From the NCBI GenBank assembly GCA_039621445.1, contig CP154954.1, positions 46,665,847 to 46,729,846 of the forward strand: a stretch of DNA of 64,000 bases, in the 5' to 3' direction. This document shows positions 36,301 to 48,772 of the stretch, one piece after another. The stretch comes from Euglena gracilis (lineage: Eukaryota). The position numbers were made by a program, and so were the translations under genes. The notes under the pieces were generated by a model. The model was not told the origin of the DNA, did not search any database, and saw only the letters and a program-made list of their open reading frames with translations. Each line of letters begins with the position of its first letter. Position 1 is the first letter of the stretch.

Positions 36301-37816
36301 CACAGGACTTAGCCGTTTTTTCAGTCTTGCGGGGGCAAAAAATCGATTTTTTGAAAATTACCCAAAAAGGATGGGGAACTGCACGGACCCACCCGGGGAC
36401 CCAAACCAACCATGGGGGACCCCCAAGTGGCCTGTATACACCCCACATACCCCCGGCCCCTCCGGACCGTTCTGGGGCCCGTACGGGGGTGGCAAAAAGG
36501 GGTTCCCACAGGATTTGGCCGTTTTTCAGCCTTGCCGGGGCCAAAAAATCGATTTTTTGAAAATTACCCAAAAAGGATGGGGAACTGCACGGACCCACCC
36601 GGGGACCCAAACCAACCATGGGGGACCCCCAAGTGGCCTGTATACACCCCACATACCCCCGGCCCCTCCGGACCGTTCTGGGGCCCGTACGGGGGTGGCA
36701 AAAAGGGGTTCCCACAGGACTTAGCTGTTTTTTTAGCCTTGTGGGGGCCAAAAAATCGATTTTTTGAAAATTACCCAAAACGGATGGGGAACTGCACGGA
36801 CCCACCCGGGGACCCAAACCAACCATGGGGGACCCCCAAGTGGCCTGTATACACCCCACATACCCCCGGCCCCTCCGGACCGTTCTGGGGCCCGTACGGG
36901 GGTGGCAAAAAGGGGTTCCCACAGGATTTGGCCGTTTTTCAGCCTTGCCGGGGCCAAAAAATCGATTTTTTGAAAATTACCCAAAAAGGATGGGGAACTG
37001 CACGGACCCACCCGGGGACCCAAACCAACCATGGGGGACCCCCAAGTGGCCTGTATACACCCCACATACCCCCGGCCCCTCCGGACCGTTCTGGGGCCCG
37101 TACGGGGGTGGCAAAAAGGGGTTCCCACAGGATTTGGCCGTTTTTCAGCCTTGCGGGGGCCAAAAAATCGATTTTTTGAAAATTACCCAAAACGGATGGG
37201 GAACTGCACGGACCCACCCGGGGACCCAAACCAACCATGGGGGACCCCCAAGTGGCCTGTATACACCCCACATACCCCCGGCCCCTCCGGACCGTTCTGG
37301 GGCCCGTACGGGGGTGGCAAAAAGGGGTTCCCACAGGACTTAGCCGTTTTTCAGCCTTGCGGGGCCAAAAAATCGATTTTTTGAAAATTACCCAAAAGGA
37401 ATGGGGAACTGCACGGACCCACCGCGGACCCAAACCAACCATGGGGGACCCCCAAGTGGCCTGTATACACCCCACATACCCCCGGCCCCTCCGGACCGTT
37501 CTGGGGCCCGTACGGGGGTGGCAAAAAGGGGTTCCCACAGGATTTGGCCGTTTTTCAGCCTTGCCGGGGCCAAAAAATCGATTTTTTGAAAATTACCCAA
37601 AACGGATGGGGAACTGCACGGACCCACCCGGGGACCCAAACCAACCATGGGGGACCCCCAAGTGGCCTGTATACACCCCACATACCCCCGGCCCCTCCGG
37701 ACCGTTCTGGGGCCCGTACGGGGGTGGCAAAAAGGGGTTCCCACAGGATTTGGCCGTTTTTTAGCCTTAAAAAAAAAAAAAAATCGATTTTATGAGAATT
37801 ACCCAAAACGGATGGG
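30365..37816. repeat. Satellite array, ~206-bp unit, ~36 highly similar copies
   Basis: Unit CCAAAAAATCGATTTTTTGAAAATTACCCAAAACGGATGGGGAACTGC...CCCACAGGACTTAGCCGTTTTTCAGCCTTGCCGGGG recurs every ~206 bp. Confidence 0.98.
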
Positions 37817-37930
37817 TCAGCCAAGAAGGACCCTGGGGTACAACATCTCCTGGACGGCCCTCGAATAGAAATAATAAGCGTACCCCTTCATTTCTGTTTT
37901 AACAGAAATACTGACTGCCGTATGGCACAC

Positions 37931-37963
37931 TTGTTATTATTATTATTGTTATTATTATTATTA

Positions 37964-38000
<37 letters not shown>

Positions 38001-38037
38001 TATTATTATTATTATTATTATTATTATGATTATTATT
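37931..38037. repeat. (ATT)n microsatellite
   Basis: Direct inspection. Confidence 0.95.
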
Positions 38038-40149
38038 AACAACAACAATAATGTATAATAATTGCTTTATACATACATATGATGAGACATTGTATTATAT
38101 CATGTATAATAATATGTGTTTCTGTGCAATTAACTGCACACTCCAAATAGTTGGGTTCCTTGGGTCTGGGGTTCATCCTGCTGTTCCCCCTCATTGCACA
38201 TCTGCCTTCCTCGCCCGCCGTCCTTCCACTGTCTGTCTCACCATTGCCAACTCAAGAGGGACCTTCCCCTGAGCCCTGTCCCACCGCGGGACTCTCCTGC
38301 CAACCTTGCCGGAGTCGCCCATGACCTGTGCATCGCCGGCAGGCACGACATGTCAAAAAACTGAGCTGCCCCACGATGTGATTCCTGGCAAAGACACGGG
38401 GCCAAACTGCACCAAAAGAACTCGGACACAAAAAAAGCCTCAAAATACAATGAACCCCAAATAATGTACAACTGGGCATATTGTTTGAGAATATCCGCGA
38501 AGTATATACACCAAGCAGCGACACGCCGTATTAATAACTGCGTGTCGCTGCTTGGTTGGGAGCGAATATATCGGCTGGGGGATTTGGGCAATTCTTCAAC
38601 CTGGATAAACTCGAAAAATGTACATTTTGCTGAATTTCTCTGAAACATATGGCAATAAACTTTTCTTTGAGGTTGATACCGTTGCATCCCCATTGCTCCA
38701 AGATTTTGGCAATCCCTGCTAAAAAGAAAACCTACAATGTGGGGCATTTCATACACCTCCAATTTGTGGGTCAGGCAAGAATCATCAGAACTTACGTTTT
38801 CATACAACGAAAGCACGTTTTTTGAATTTGTGGACCCACAACCCAACCTCACGTGTCTGTATTTTTCTCACGGGGGGAGGGGGGGTTGTAGGTCATCGTT
38901 TGGCTTTAGTTACTGAGGCAGGGGAATAAGTGGGTTGCAGATTTATAAGGAGAGGTTCTTTCCAACCAGAATTTTGATAGTGGATCAATATGCGGTCTTC
39001 CCCGTTGCCCTTCTCTCTCTTGAGTTTGGTTAGGGTTAAAGCAACATGCGCTCAAAAGATGAAAAAAAGGAGGGATTGTTAATGAAAGGATAGGGATAGT
39101 TTTGGGGGCGGTTTATGGCTAGGGTTAGGGCACCGGGTTTGGTTGGGTCGTGGCCGGCTGTGCCTGACCGTGGCCCAACCAAAAACTTTGCACAAGCTTC
39201 AAGAGTGTCCATGGTTGGGCCGCGACTGGCTGCTGCACAAACCAATTCCAAATTTGATCAGAAATTCGGGTTTTGGTTGGGCCGCGGCCACCCAACAGCC
39301 ACCCAACCTCCCGTGGACAACTAACCCCCCCCCCCACTTATGAACCCCCCAACTTATAACTCCCCCTCACATATAACCCCCAGGCCGACAAACCCAACCT
39401 TAACTTATAACCCCCCCTGAAGAAAAAAAATGAAAAGACGCCGGGGGACGACTTTTTCGGCTGCAAACCACCCAAAAACATTTTTTGTCAATCTTAATGA
39501 GACCAACCCTAATCAAAAATGCCATTTTGGCAATTTTTTTTGCCAAATTGGGCAATTTTGCCAAAAAAATGCCAATTTGGGGGGCTTTGGGGTCATTGGG
39601 TCGGATTTTCATCAACAATTCCTTGACTTACAGGTTTTGTGTAGTGCTGAGATCTTTAACACCCCCCACGGGGCCGCTACAAGCACAGGGTCCAAATAAA
39701 AGCGCACCCCCCGCCGCTGAAGGCGGCGGTCCACCACAAGCACACCCCTCATTTTGATGGGATTTCCAAAAGGAAGTCAACAAAAATGGTGCAGGTGCAG
39801 GGTCCATTGAAGCGCACACCCCGCCGCTGGTGGCGGCTGTCTGTTATAAGCGCACCTGTGCTTCTATTGGGGGGAGGGTTACATACCTACCCCCCCCCCC
39901 GGGAAACTGTCACCTGACAGGTTGGCCAGTACTGGGGACCCTGACAACTTCCTATCATGACAGGTTGGCCGGTACCAGGGACCCTGACAGTTTCCCGGGT
40001 GGGACCCTGACAGGTTCTCGGGCATGACAGTTTCCCGGGGGGGGGGGGGGGGGTATGCCTGATGGCGGCCCAGAACGGGTGCGCACCTGACCTTGGAGGT
40101 CTATGCACAGTGATGGACAGTTCCCAGGGATTTCCTTCGATTCCCACAA

Positions 40150-40882
40150 TAGGGGAACTAAATAGTGGGACACCTGAGAATTTTGTGGGGTCACACCCAA
40201 CCCCCCAACTGGTGATGGTGTGTGCACATTGGCATGGCCCTGCCCCACACAGCAGTGCCCCAGCCAGCTCTGCTGCAGCACACGGTGCAAAATTCAAGGC
40301 CAATCCTATGCAAGCAGGTTTTTACCATTTCCTTCCTTTGGACTGCGAAGCAAACCCAGCCTCAGGTAAGGGGACGAGGCGGCTCACACTGCAGTGAGTG
40401 GCATTGGACCTCAACTTTGAACAATGCAAGTTAACAACCCCTGTCAACGTTGGCTGATGGGCTCGACACGCCGACCAATTTGGGAGAAAATTACCTTTTG
40501 GCCTCCTTTTGCCCAAATTGGTCGGCATATCGAGGCCATCGCCCCATCAGCCAACGTTGACAGGGGTTGTTAACTTGCATTGTTCAAAGTTGAGGTCCAA
40601 TGCCACTCACTGCAGTGTGAGCCGCCTCGTCCCCTTACCTGAGGCTGGGTTTGCTTCGCAGTCCAAAAGGAAGGAAATGGAAAAAACCTGCTTGCATAGG
40701 ATTGGCCTTGAATTTTGCACCGTGTGCTGCAGCAGAGCTGGCTGGGGCACTGCTGTGTGGGGCAGGGCCATGCCAATGTGCACACACCATCACCACATCC
40801 CATGGGCTGGCAGAGGCTTTGGAGCTGGGGGTTGGGCGTGACCCCACAAAATTCTCAGGTGTCCCATTATTTAGTTCCCCTA
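40150..40882. repeat. Long near-perfect inverted repeat (arms 40150-40484 and 40512-40882)
   Basis: The arms are reverse complements apart from a few substitutions and two small insertions in the right arm. Confidence 0.95.
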
Positions 40883-42733
40883 CTGTATTATGTTGGAGAC
40901 AATTCTTGGGGGGTGACCCCCTCCCCCTTCGGCTGACCAACCAAACCAGATCCAATAAACCTTTGGGTGTTTATAAATGGGGGGGGTTTACCCATCCCGT
41001 CCCAAAAGCAGGGTTTGCACTATTAACAAACAAAAAGTTGTCTCCAAAACACATAAGTTTATCACATACGTTTAAAAAAGCTCCGGAATTAAAAAGAATC
41101 GCCCACTCCTTATTGGGGGACATTTTCGCAGTATTGAGAGGGTCTTTTTTGGATTTCCTCATCTCTTTCATCATCACTCCTCTATTATCTCACCTTCTTA
41201 TTCACCTAACCCAATCCCTTTCATTAACAACAACGTCTCCGTTTCATCTCCACCCCAACTGGTACGAATATGGACACCATCCGAGTGTCCCTGGTATTTT
41301 TTTATGTATTGTGTTTAGTGGAGCCAATTACCATCCAGCTGTCAATGGCTGGAATTGTACAGTAATTCTGCAGATCAAATGAACTCAAAGCAAATGGACA
41401 TGGAGTGTGCATCGCCAGGCATGGTGCTTGGATGGTTACGGGAGGTTGGGCTGCGGTTAGCCGCTGCCAGCTACAGCCCAACCAAACATGAAGGCCAACT
41501 GAACTGAAACTGAAACTGAAAGGCCAAAAATTTGGTTGGGCTGCGGCCCAACCATCGTGGTGAAAACCATTGCGAGAAAAATACGGCATCAAAATGAAAA
41601 GAATTGCCTTGGTTAGACCTCGGCGGGCCACGGCCCAACCAAAAGCTTGAAAGTATTCAGCAAAACACAAAGAGTTGATTGAACCCCCCAAAAGACCCCC
41701 TCAAGATTTCCAGCAACGGACCCAGCGCCTTGTTTTGGGAGGGAGGTTCACTGACGAAGCAAACCACACCCTCCTGACCCCCAGGGGTGTGGGGGTTGGG
41801 AATTGCTCTATGCATCTCCTTTGAGAGGGCACCCCCGCCCCCCCGACCCATCCCCGGCTCGACCTGCAAATGCTGTCCCTGCCGCTCCTCTTCCCTGGCC
41901 GCCTCCCCCCGGCCCGCCTCCCGGCCGCCGGCGCCAATGACCCGCAGCGGCCGGTGCACGGCCCAGCCCGCCCCGGACGCCTGCTGCGGCCCCCGGCCGG
42001 TGTTGGCTGCGTGGCTGGCGGCCGCAGGGCCCGCCCGCCACACCGCCTGGTGCCCCGCGGGGCCAACCCGGTCCGGACCAACCCCCAACCCCCAACCCCC
42101 AACCCCCCCCCCCCTTGAGGGGAAAGGCCGGGAGAGGGACTGGGGGACCCCGGGGGAGGCCCTGTGCAGCGGAGGCGTTTGCCTGGGGGCTGCGAGCGGC
42201 GGTGCCAGGGCGGGGTGGAGTGCACGCCCCTCCCCGTGTTGCCGCAACAGGAGGCCTCCCCCCCCCCCGACACAGGTGGGCCTGCTTCCACATCGCTGCC
42301 CCAATATCGCCCCCCTGAGCGCTGGCCTCGCCCGCGCCCGACGCCGGTTCCGTTGCGGGGTCTCGGGACCGCGCAGCGGGCTGCGACGAGGCTGGCTGCC
42401 AGTCGGGAGGGGCGCGGGCACTCTGTGCACACGCAACTCTGATGCAGGCCTTTGCGTGCGGACCACATGGGATACGGCAACAGCCCTGCAGAGTGGCCGC
42501 GCTGGGGTTATGTGTCAACGCCGGGAGGGCATCGAAGCTGCACCTGAAGTGAAGGGACCGAAGCACAGCCTCTGTGGTTTTCTGTCAGGATTTATTGCGC
42601 GATGTCCTCCCCGTTGTCCGTTGAGAGCAGTGGCATTCACTCATATTCCTGCCATTTCTTTCAAGGTTGCAAGGTTATTTGTGAAGCAAACTATATTTGT
42701 AATCCTAATCTTGCATCAGTTTTTTTGTGCCAG

Positions 42734-42908
42734 CCCATCGAAATAACAACCCCCATATTGAAGCCCCCCCCCCTCGGGTTTCCCTCCAAAAATCCAAATA
42801 TAATAACAGCCCCCCCCCCCCCCCAGGCAGCCGCAAGTATTCAAGGCGCTGGCAAACTGCAAGCACACAAAAGCAGCATACATCGGGTTTTTGCCATAGT
42901 CTTAGCAA
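42734..42908 (+). repeat. Dispersed ~170-bp repeat, copy 2
   Basis: Matches 29393-29562. Confidence 0.9.
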
Positions 42909-45053
42909 TCTTGTCTCAAAAAAGAAAACTGCCGGGGGGAGTGCCCTCGCCCGGCACCAATTGCGTCAGCCGTCTCGGGCCCTCCATCCCACCAAACCTC
43001 CTCAGGCTCGTCCTCTGGGCCCGTCCCCTGCCATAGGGCCGCCTCCTCGCCGCTGCTCCAAGTCTCGCCCTCCGGCGGCCACCACCCGTCTTCCGCATGC
43101 CGGCAGCGATCGCTCCGCGGGGCACCGCCAACCACCCCCTCCCTGTAGGACACAGACGGAAATCCCCTGGCATTTGTTATGTTGGCTCTTTTTGCCATCC
43201 TCGACGTGGAGTTGGGGTGAGCGCCCGCCGCTGTCCCCAGTCCCACGAGCATCCCGGCACAGCGGCAGGGGGATCGCCGGCCGCGCCCGCCGGGCTGGGG
43301 GCTCGTCCGGCGCCGCGGGGGGCAGCGGCAGCCCCCCGGCGGCAGCCCGCCCCGCGCCGGCGAACGGCAGGGGCCGGGCCCCCGCCGGGCGGTGCAGCAC
43401 CCACTGGCCGGCGGGGCTGGCCACAGGCCGGGGCTGGCCCAGCCGACGGGGGACGCCAACGCCCCGGGTTTGGGGAAGACACAGCGGGGGGGGGGGGGGG
43501 GAGCGAAGCCAGCCCCTTGTCAGACGGGCACACTAGCGGGCACCCCCCTACCGCCATCAGGCTTCTTTTTTACCAACCGGGGGGGGTGCCTTGCGCTATG
43601 GGGTGTGCCAACCGGGGGGGGGGGTGCCTGCCCATAGCAGGCACCCCCCTCCAGGGGGTCGGTTCTGGACCCCAGTCCCTGCCGACCCAGGCAAATTTCC
43701 TTTACTCCAAAACCATCGAAGGACCGACTGACCACTTTTCCAAAAGCAATTTGCGAACAAATGCTGTTTCATTTTATAATTGTAACACAATTCAATGCTT
43801 CCGGCCATCGGACAACAGAGCAGTTTGCCCAATGACTTGGCAGGGGGGAACCCGAAAAAGATCCATCCAAATAACTTAGCCCCCCTCTGCTTAAGGAAAA
43901 ACGTGGAAAATAATGCATCTTTTTGGAGAATCAGGAGGTAAGCACTGCAAAGTGGTTTGGGGGTGTTCACAATGGGGCATCCCGCAACGACCCTTCACCG
44001 TCACTGCGGGCTAAATAAAATCCTAAATGTCCTCTTTCATTGCTTTGTGCATTCTGCTTTTGAATTCCTCGGGAGCTTGTTGTTTGATGCGTCGAGTAAC
44101 AGGGGGGGTAAATGCTCACCATTTCTTGAGAAGCCCACATTCACCTGAGGGTAACCAAAGACTCCCCAAGGATGTCGATTTTTGTATCTGACGCATTTGT
44201 GCCGGAGGAGTTGCCACATGCTTTTTAGCCAACCTTGAGAGGCAAAAAAAAATCATCATGATGATCATTCATTGCTGGCGACAAGTTGGGTGCACTTGGG
44301 GGGGGGGGCGGGAGGGGCGACACCTCGGTGCATATGATTCCGTACATGGGATACAAGCCGGGATAAACCAAGGGCTGCACCATTTTCAGGTGAGGAAACA
44401 CTTTTGGGGTTGAGACGCAATCGCACATACACACAGAGAGAGACAACGGAGGCAACATTACACAACACGACGCACAAGCACACCACAACAACACGATTCT
44501 TCTTTAGTCCTGTGCATCGCTCCCAGAAGCCTCGGGCCCGCAAAGCCTAGCCATGGCTTGGGCAGAGCTCTCGGAGTTGGCAGAGGCATCTTGGGTTCGC
44601 TTTGAAACAATACCACTGCTGCAGAAATCTCGGAGAAGTAAACCCCCCCAAATATAAACCTCCCCGGTTTCATATTTGGGCGGAAATTTCAAGACCCCCG
44701 GGGGGTTTTTATATTTGGGGGGGGGGTGATATTCGGTCGGAAAAATCAACTTCCTGGTGGGATCCAGTTGTCACTATTTCCGTCCAAAACCACAAATACA
44801 GGTCTAAAAATTTCACTTTTTGGGGAAAAGGAGCAATTTTCACACGTTTTTGGTAAAAAATGCTCCCAAATCTGCCAAAAATCACAATTTCAGGAGAGAT
44901 TTTGTCGAATTTTTTTTCCTTCCGGCGCTTCGCGCCGGAGGGGGGGGGGGGGTATATTCAGGCAGGATTTCAAGGTCCTCAGGGGGGGTTACATTTGGGG
45001 GGTTTTATATTTGGGGGGGTTACTTAAACCCCCTCAACCACATCACCCATCAA

Positions 45054-45542
45054 CAGGGAGTTTCTTGAAGACCTTAAGGACTTGAGGGGGGGTCCAGCCA
45101 GCTGGCTGGGAAAAGGCGCTGGCTGGAAAAAAGTTGCTGGCTGGCCTCCCCCCCCGGGGGGGGGGGGGGGGTCCAGGGGGGTGGGTCTGCTGGGCTGGAC
45201 CCGGCTGCACCCGAAAACAGCCAAAAAAAAGCCCAAGTCCAGCTAGCTGGGTTGGACTTTTTTTTGCCAAAGTTTTGAGGTGAAAAAACACAAAAAGGAC
45301 CAAAAATGGCCATTTTGGGCCATTTTTGACCCATTTTTTCGAAAAAAAAATTCGGCGCTTGATGTCAAAATATTTTCGATCCAGCCCGGCTTCGCCAGGC
45401 TGCGAAAACTTTATTTCCACTCGACCTCCGGGGGGGGGGGGGCGAGTGGGAGCTGCTTGCTGGAAAAAATGTGCTGGCTGGCTGGCTGGCTGGACCCCTC
45501 CCCTTTGGGGGCAGGGTGCGGTCTGGCTTAAGAAATTCTCTG
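45054..45542. mobile_element. hAT-like MITE
   Basis: Termini CAGGGAGTTTCTT / AAGAAATTCTCTG; 8-bp TSD CCCATCAA / CCCCTCAA (one mismatch). Confidence 0.75.
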
Positions 45543-46659
45543 CCCCTCAACCCTAACCGAACACCATAACCTCCTCAATTGAACTGGGAACTATGCAAAC
45601 TTCAGAGTTCACTTCCAAAGCATCGACAAACAAGAAGGTTTTGGGGTTCACACTGTGTGGGTTTTGCAACATAACCCCCCCCTAATAAGTGCACGGGTGC
45701 GCGCATTTTAAGGACGTAGTTTCGGACCCCAAGAGGTGTGCACTTATTGGGGCAGTGCGCACTTTTTAAGACAAAGCCGAAAATACTCATATTTCCCCCG
45801 CTCTTTTAATTTCCCCCCTATTTTGCGATTTCAAGCAATGAGTCAAGTGATTATGTGTCAAATTTGGGCTTGGACGATAGAAATAGTTGGTCTGAGAAAG
45901 ACAATTCTGAGGATTGTGTATGCTTTCCGACATGAGATGTAGCAGTAATTTCTCCTTTGGGGGGGTGCGAACTTTTTAGGGAGGTATTTTTTTAGGAAGT
46001 AGGACCCCTGGGGGTGCGCACTTATTAGGGCACTGCACACAATTAGGGCACTGCGCACTTATTAGGGGGGGGGGGTTACTTCACTGGCTTCCATTACCAC
46101 TCGGTGCAGTGTAAAAATGCACTTTTTTCCAAGACTTGGAATGCCCAGAGGAGTTCAACGTCCCAGCCCAACATAAAGAATCTGGATGCCAAATCCATTC
46201 AGGGTTTGCAGAAGGATTTGTCCGGCAGGTGGGGGGATAGACATAAAGCAATAGTATGTTTGGGACTGCGAGGTAGCTGCGGCTTGCCTTTTCCGCAATC
46301 CCCAGCAGCTGGCAGCTGTTTCCACCGACCCATTTATCCTGTTGGACTGCCACACCCCTGGGGCCCAAGCAGGTATTTTTGCTATTCACCGGCCACGACC
46401 AACACCCCAATAAGCAAGGGTCAAGGCATTCAGAGGGTGGCAGACACCCCAACTCCACCTTGACATATGGCCCCACCTTCACCACCTTGACTTTTGGCAA
46501 GAATTTACAAGCCGAGACGGATCTTACCTTCCATTGGCGGACTTAATGAAATCTCAAATCAAAGACGAGGTCACCCACCCCCTCCAAGAGCTCAGATGAC
46601 TGTGTGTGTCTCAGGGCAGGTGGAGGCCATAAAGAAGCCATAAAGCAGGCATAAAGCAA

Positions 46660-47041
46660 GCCATAAAGAAGTCAGGGAGTGCGGAGGTGCCCAGGAAGGT
46701 AGCTGTCGCCTGCTTGTCTCTTCAGGGATCGTTGCATGCTCATGCTTCGCCAGCTGCTCCTGCCTCCTCCGCTCCTTCTCTGTGAGCCACACAAGGTCAG
46801 GGTCCACCGTCGACCGGCGCGCACGGCGTCCCGACACCGGCACCGCTCCCGCCGCCCGCCGCCGCTCCGGCCACCCCTCCTCCGCCTCCGTCCTCCCCAG
46901 GGCTGTACAGAACAACCTGGTGTCAATCCCCCCCCACACGCGCGCTCAAACGCACACACACACGCACACACACACACACACATACACACACACACACACA
47001 CACACCACACCACACGCACACACACCACGTGCACACATAAA

Positions 47042-47118
<77 letters not shown>

Positions 47119-47770
47119 ACACACACACACACACACATGCATGCGCACGCCACCCATAGCATTTCTGGGATTCCCGCTCAGCCCTGATCCCGCCCTCCAC
47201 CTCCTGTCGCTGCCGCTCCTCCAGCCGCCGCTGCCGCAGCAGCTGGTCCCGCTCCTCAATGTCCCACCGGCCGCGCCGCCGAACGTCGATGTACCACTTC
47301 TCCGCCCTCTTCCGCAGCCGCCGCTGCCGCGTCTTGCCTTGGGGAGGCTGCTGGGCTGTGCGGGGACCCTCAGCACGGCCGGAGGGGATGGGGGTGGGGG
47401 GACGGGGGTCGACCCCGACGGTCAGGCTCACCGTTCAGCCGGGGGGGGGGGGGGGGGGGACGGCCGACTCATATGATGTGGGGGACCATGCCTGCCTGGG
47501 CCGCCCCTGTTGCTGTGGGTGGGGTTGGGGCTTCCCTGGGGAGGGCGGACGCAGCAGCCTCGGTCTCGTCCTGAAAGCCGGGGGGCAATGGCGTCTTGTC
47601 CGGCTTCTCGATGTGGGCAGAGGCACGCTCCGAACCCTCCCCAGAGGCCCCGGAGCCCCAGTTCTCGTTGGATACCAGTGGCCATCCACAACGTCAAAAA
47701 CTGGCAGGTCATCATGCGCATAAAATTCTTTTCCAAGCGGCTTCAGGCCACTAGGCGTCTTCAGTGCTTT
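46660..47770 (-). CDS. Probable exons of an unidentified host gene (R/E-rich), with a GT-AG intron containing a (GT)n tract
   Basis: Frames EFYAHDDLPVFDVVDGHWYP, KRAEKWYIDVRRRGRWDIEERDQLLRQRRLEE and VDPDLVWLTEKERRRQEQL; GT donor near 47153 and AG acceptors at 46903-46918 can join in frame. Confidence 0.45.
46953..47137. repeat. (CA)n microsatellite
   Basis: Direct inspection. Confidence 0.95.
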
Positions 47771-48772
47771 GTTGTCCCCAAAGGGAACGAAAGGGACTTT
47801 GTCAAAAGACGCCCCAAAAAAAAAAAAAAACAAAAAGGGACTTTGTCAAAAGGACGCCCCAAAAAAAAGCCAAAAAAAAAAAAAAAAAAAAAAAATCATA
47901 GGAATTGCAACTGGATTAAAAAAAAAGGGAAAGCAAAAAAAAAAGAAATAAAAAGAGAAATAAAGACATAAGAGAAAAAGAAGAAAATAAGAAAAAAAAG
48001 AAAAAGAAAAAAGAAAAAAACAAAAAAAAAAAAAACATAAACCTAAGGAAAAAAAATATCAGTAATAAAAAAAAAAAAAAAGCCCCCACAAAACAGACGA
48101 CACTGATGAGAACATATTGCAAGACACAAAAAAAAAGCAGGAAATTGCACAATGGTACCTACATTTCGTTAACAAATACACAGCAGAGCTTTGCCTCTGG
48201 ATTCCATCGACGGCAACAAAGAGCCACCAAAACAAAATGATTAATGACAGTGGAATGCTGACTCCCAGCTGACGTGTGCCAAACTATCCCCCCCCCTGTC
48301 ATACGACCACTCTATGTTGACTGCAGGAGTACTGGTTTGAATACCAACGAGTCCCTCTGGAAAGAGTATTCTCTGAGTTATTGCAACTGGCAATGGATAT
48401 TTCTATGATTTGGGGAACTAAAGGGGCAACATAAATGGAAATGTGACTCAAAAGCGTGGACACCGAGGAAATTTGTGTTGTTTCCCTTATATCTCGACGC
48501 AAAGCCTTGTTTGACCAGGATAAAAATGTTTCCACAAACAATTTTGCGTCAGCAATCAGAGGGAAACTTTATTTCTATCATTGACCCCCTACCAGGAGTT
48601 TTTCAACACCGGGGGGGAGGGGGGTCACTCACCCCCTTGGGGGGTCCCCGGGGGGTCCCGGGGGACACACTAACTTCCCCCCGAAAATGGCCAAAACTTG
48701 TGAAAAATGCTAAAAACAGCACCTTTTCAAAAAAATTTGGCTCCTTTGCCGCCGAAAAATATGGCCCACTCT

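Noticed and set aside
30341-37868. Dozens of overlapping ORFs (MGDPQVACIHPTYP..., MGTPFCHPRTG...)
   Set aside because: By-products of the 206-bp satellite. The unit length is not a multiple of three and the frames shift every unit.
41657-43879. Long GC-rich ORFs on both strands
   Set aside because: CpG-island-like sequence is open in many frames. It may contain real exons or promoters, but no frame or product could be supported.
46672-47476. CV/HT dipeptide-repeat ORFs
   Set aside because: Translations of an intronic (CA)n tract.
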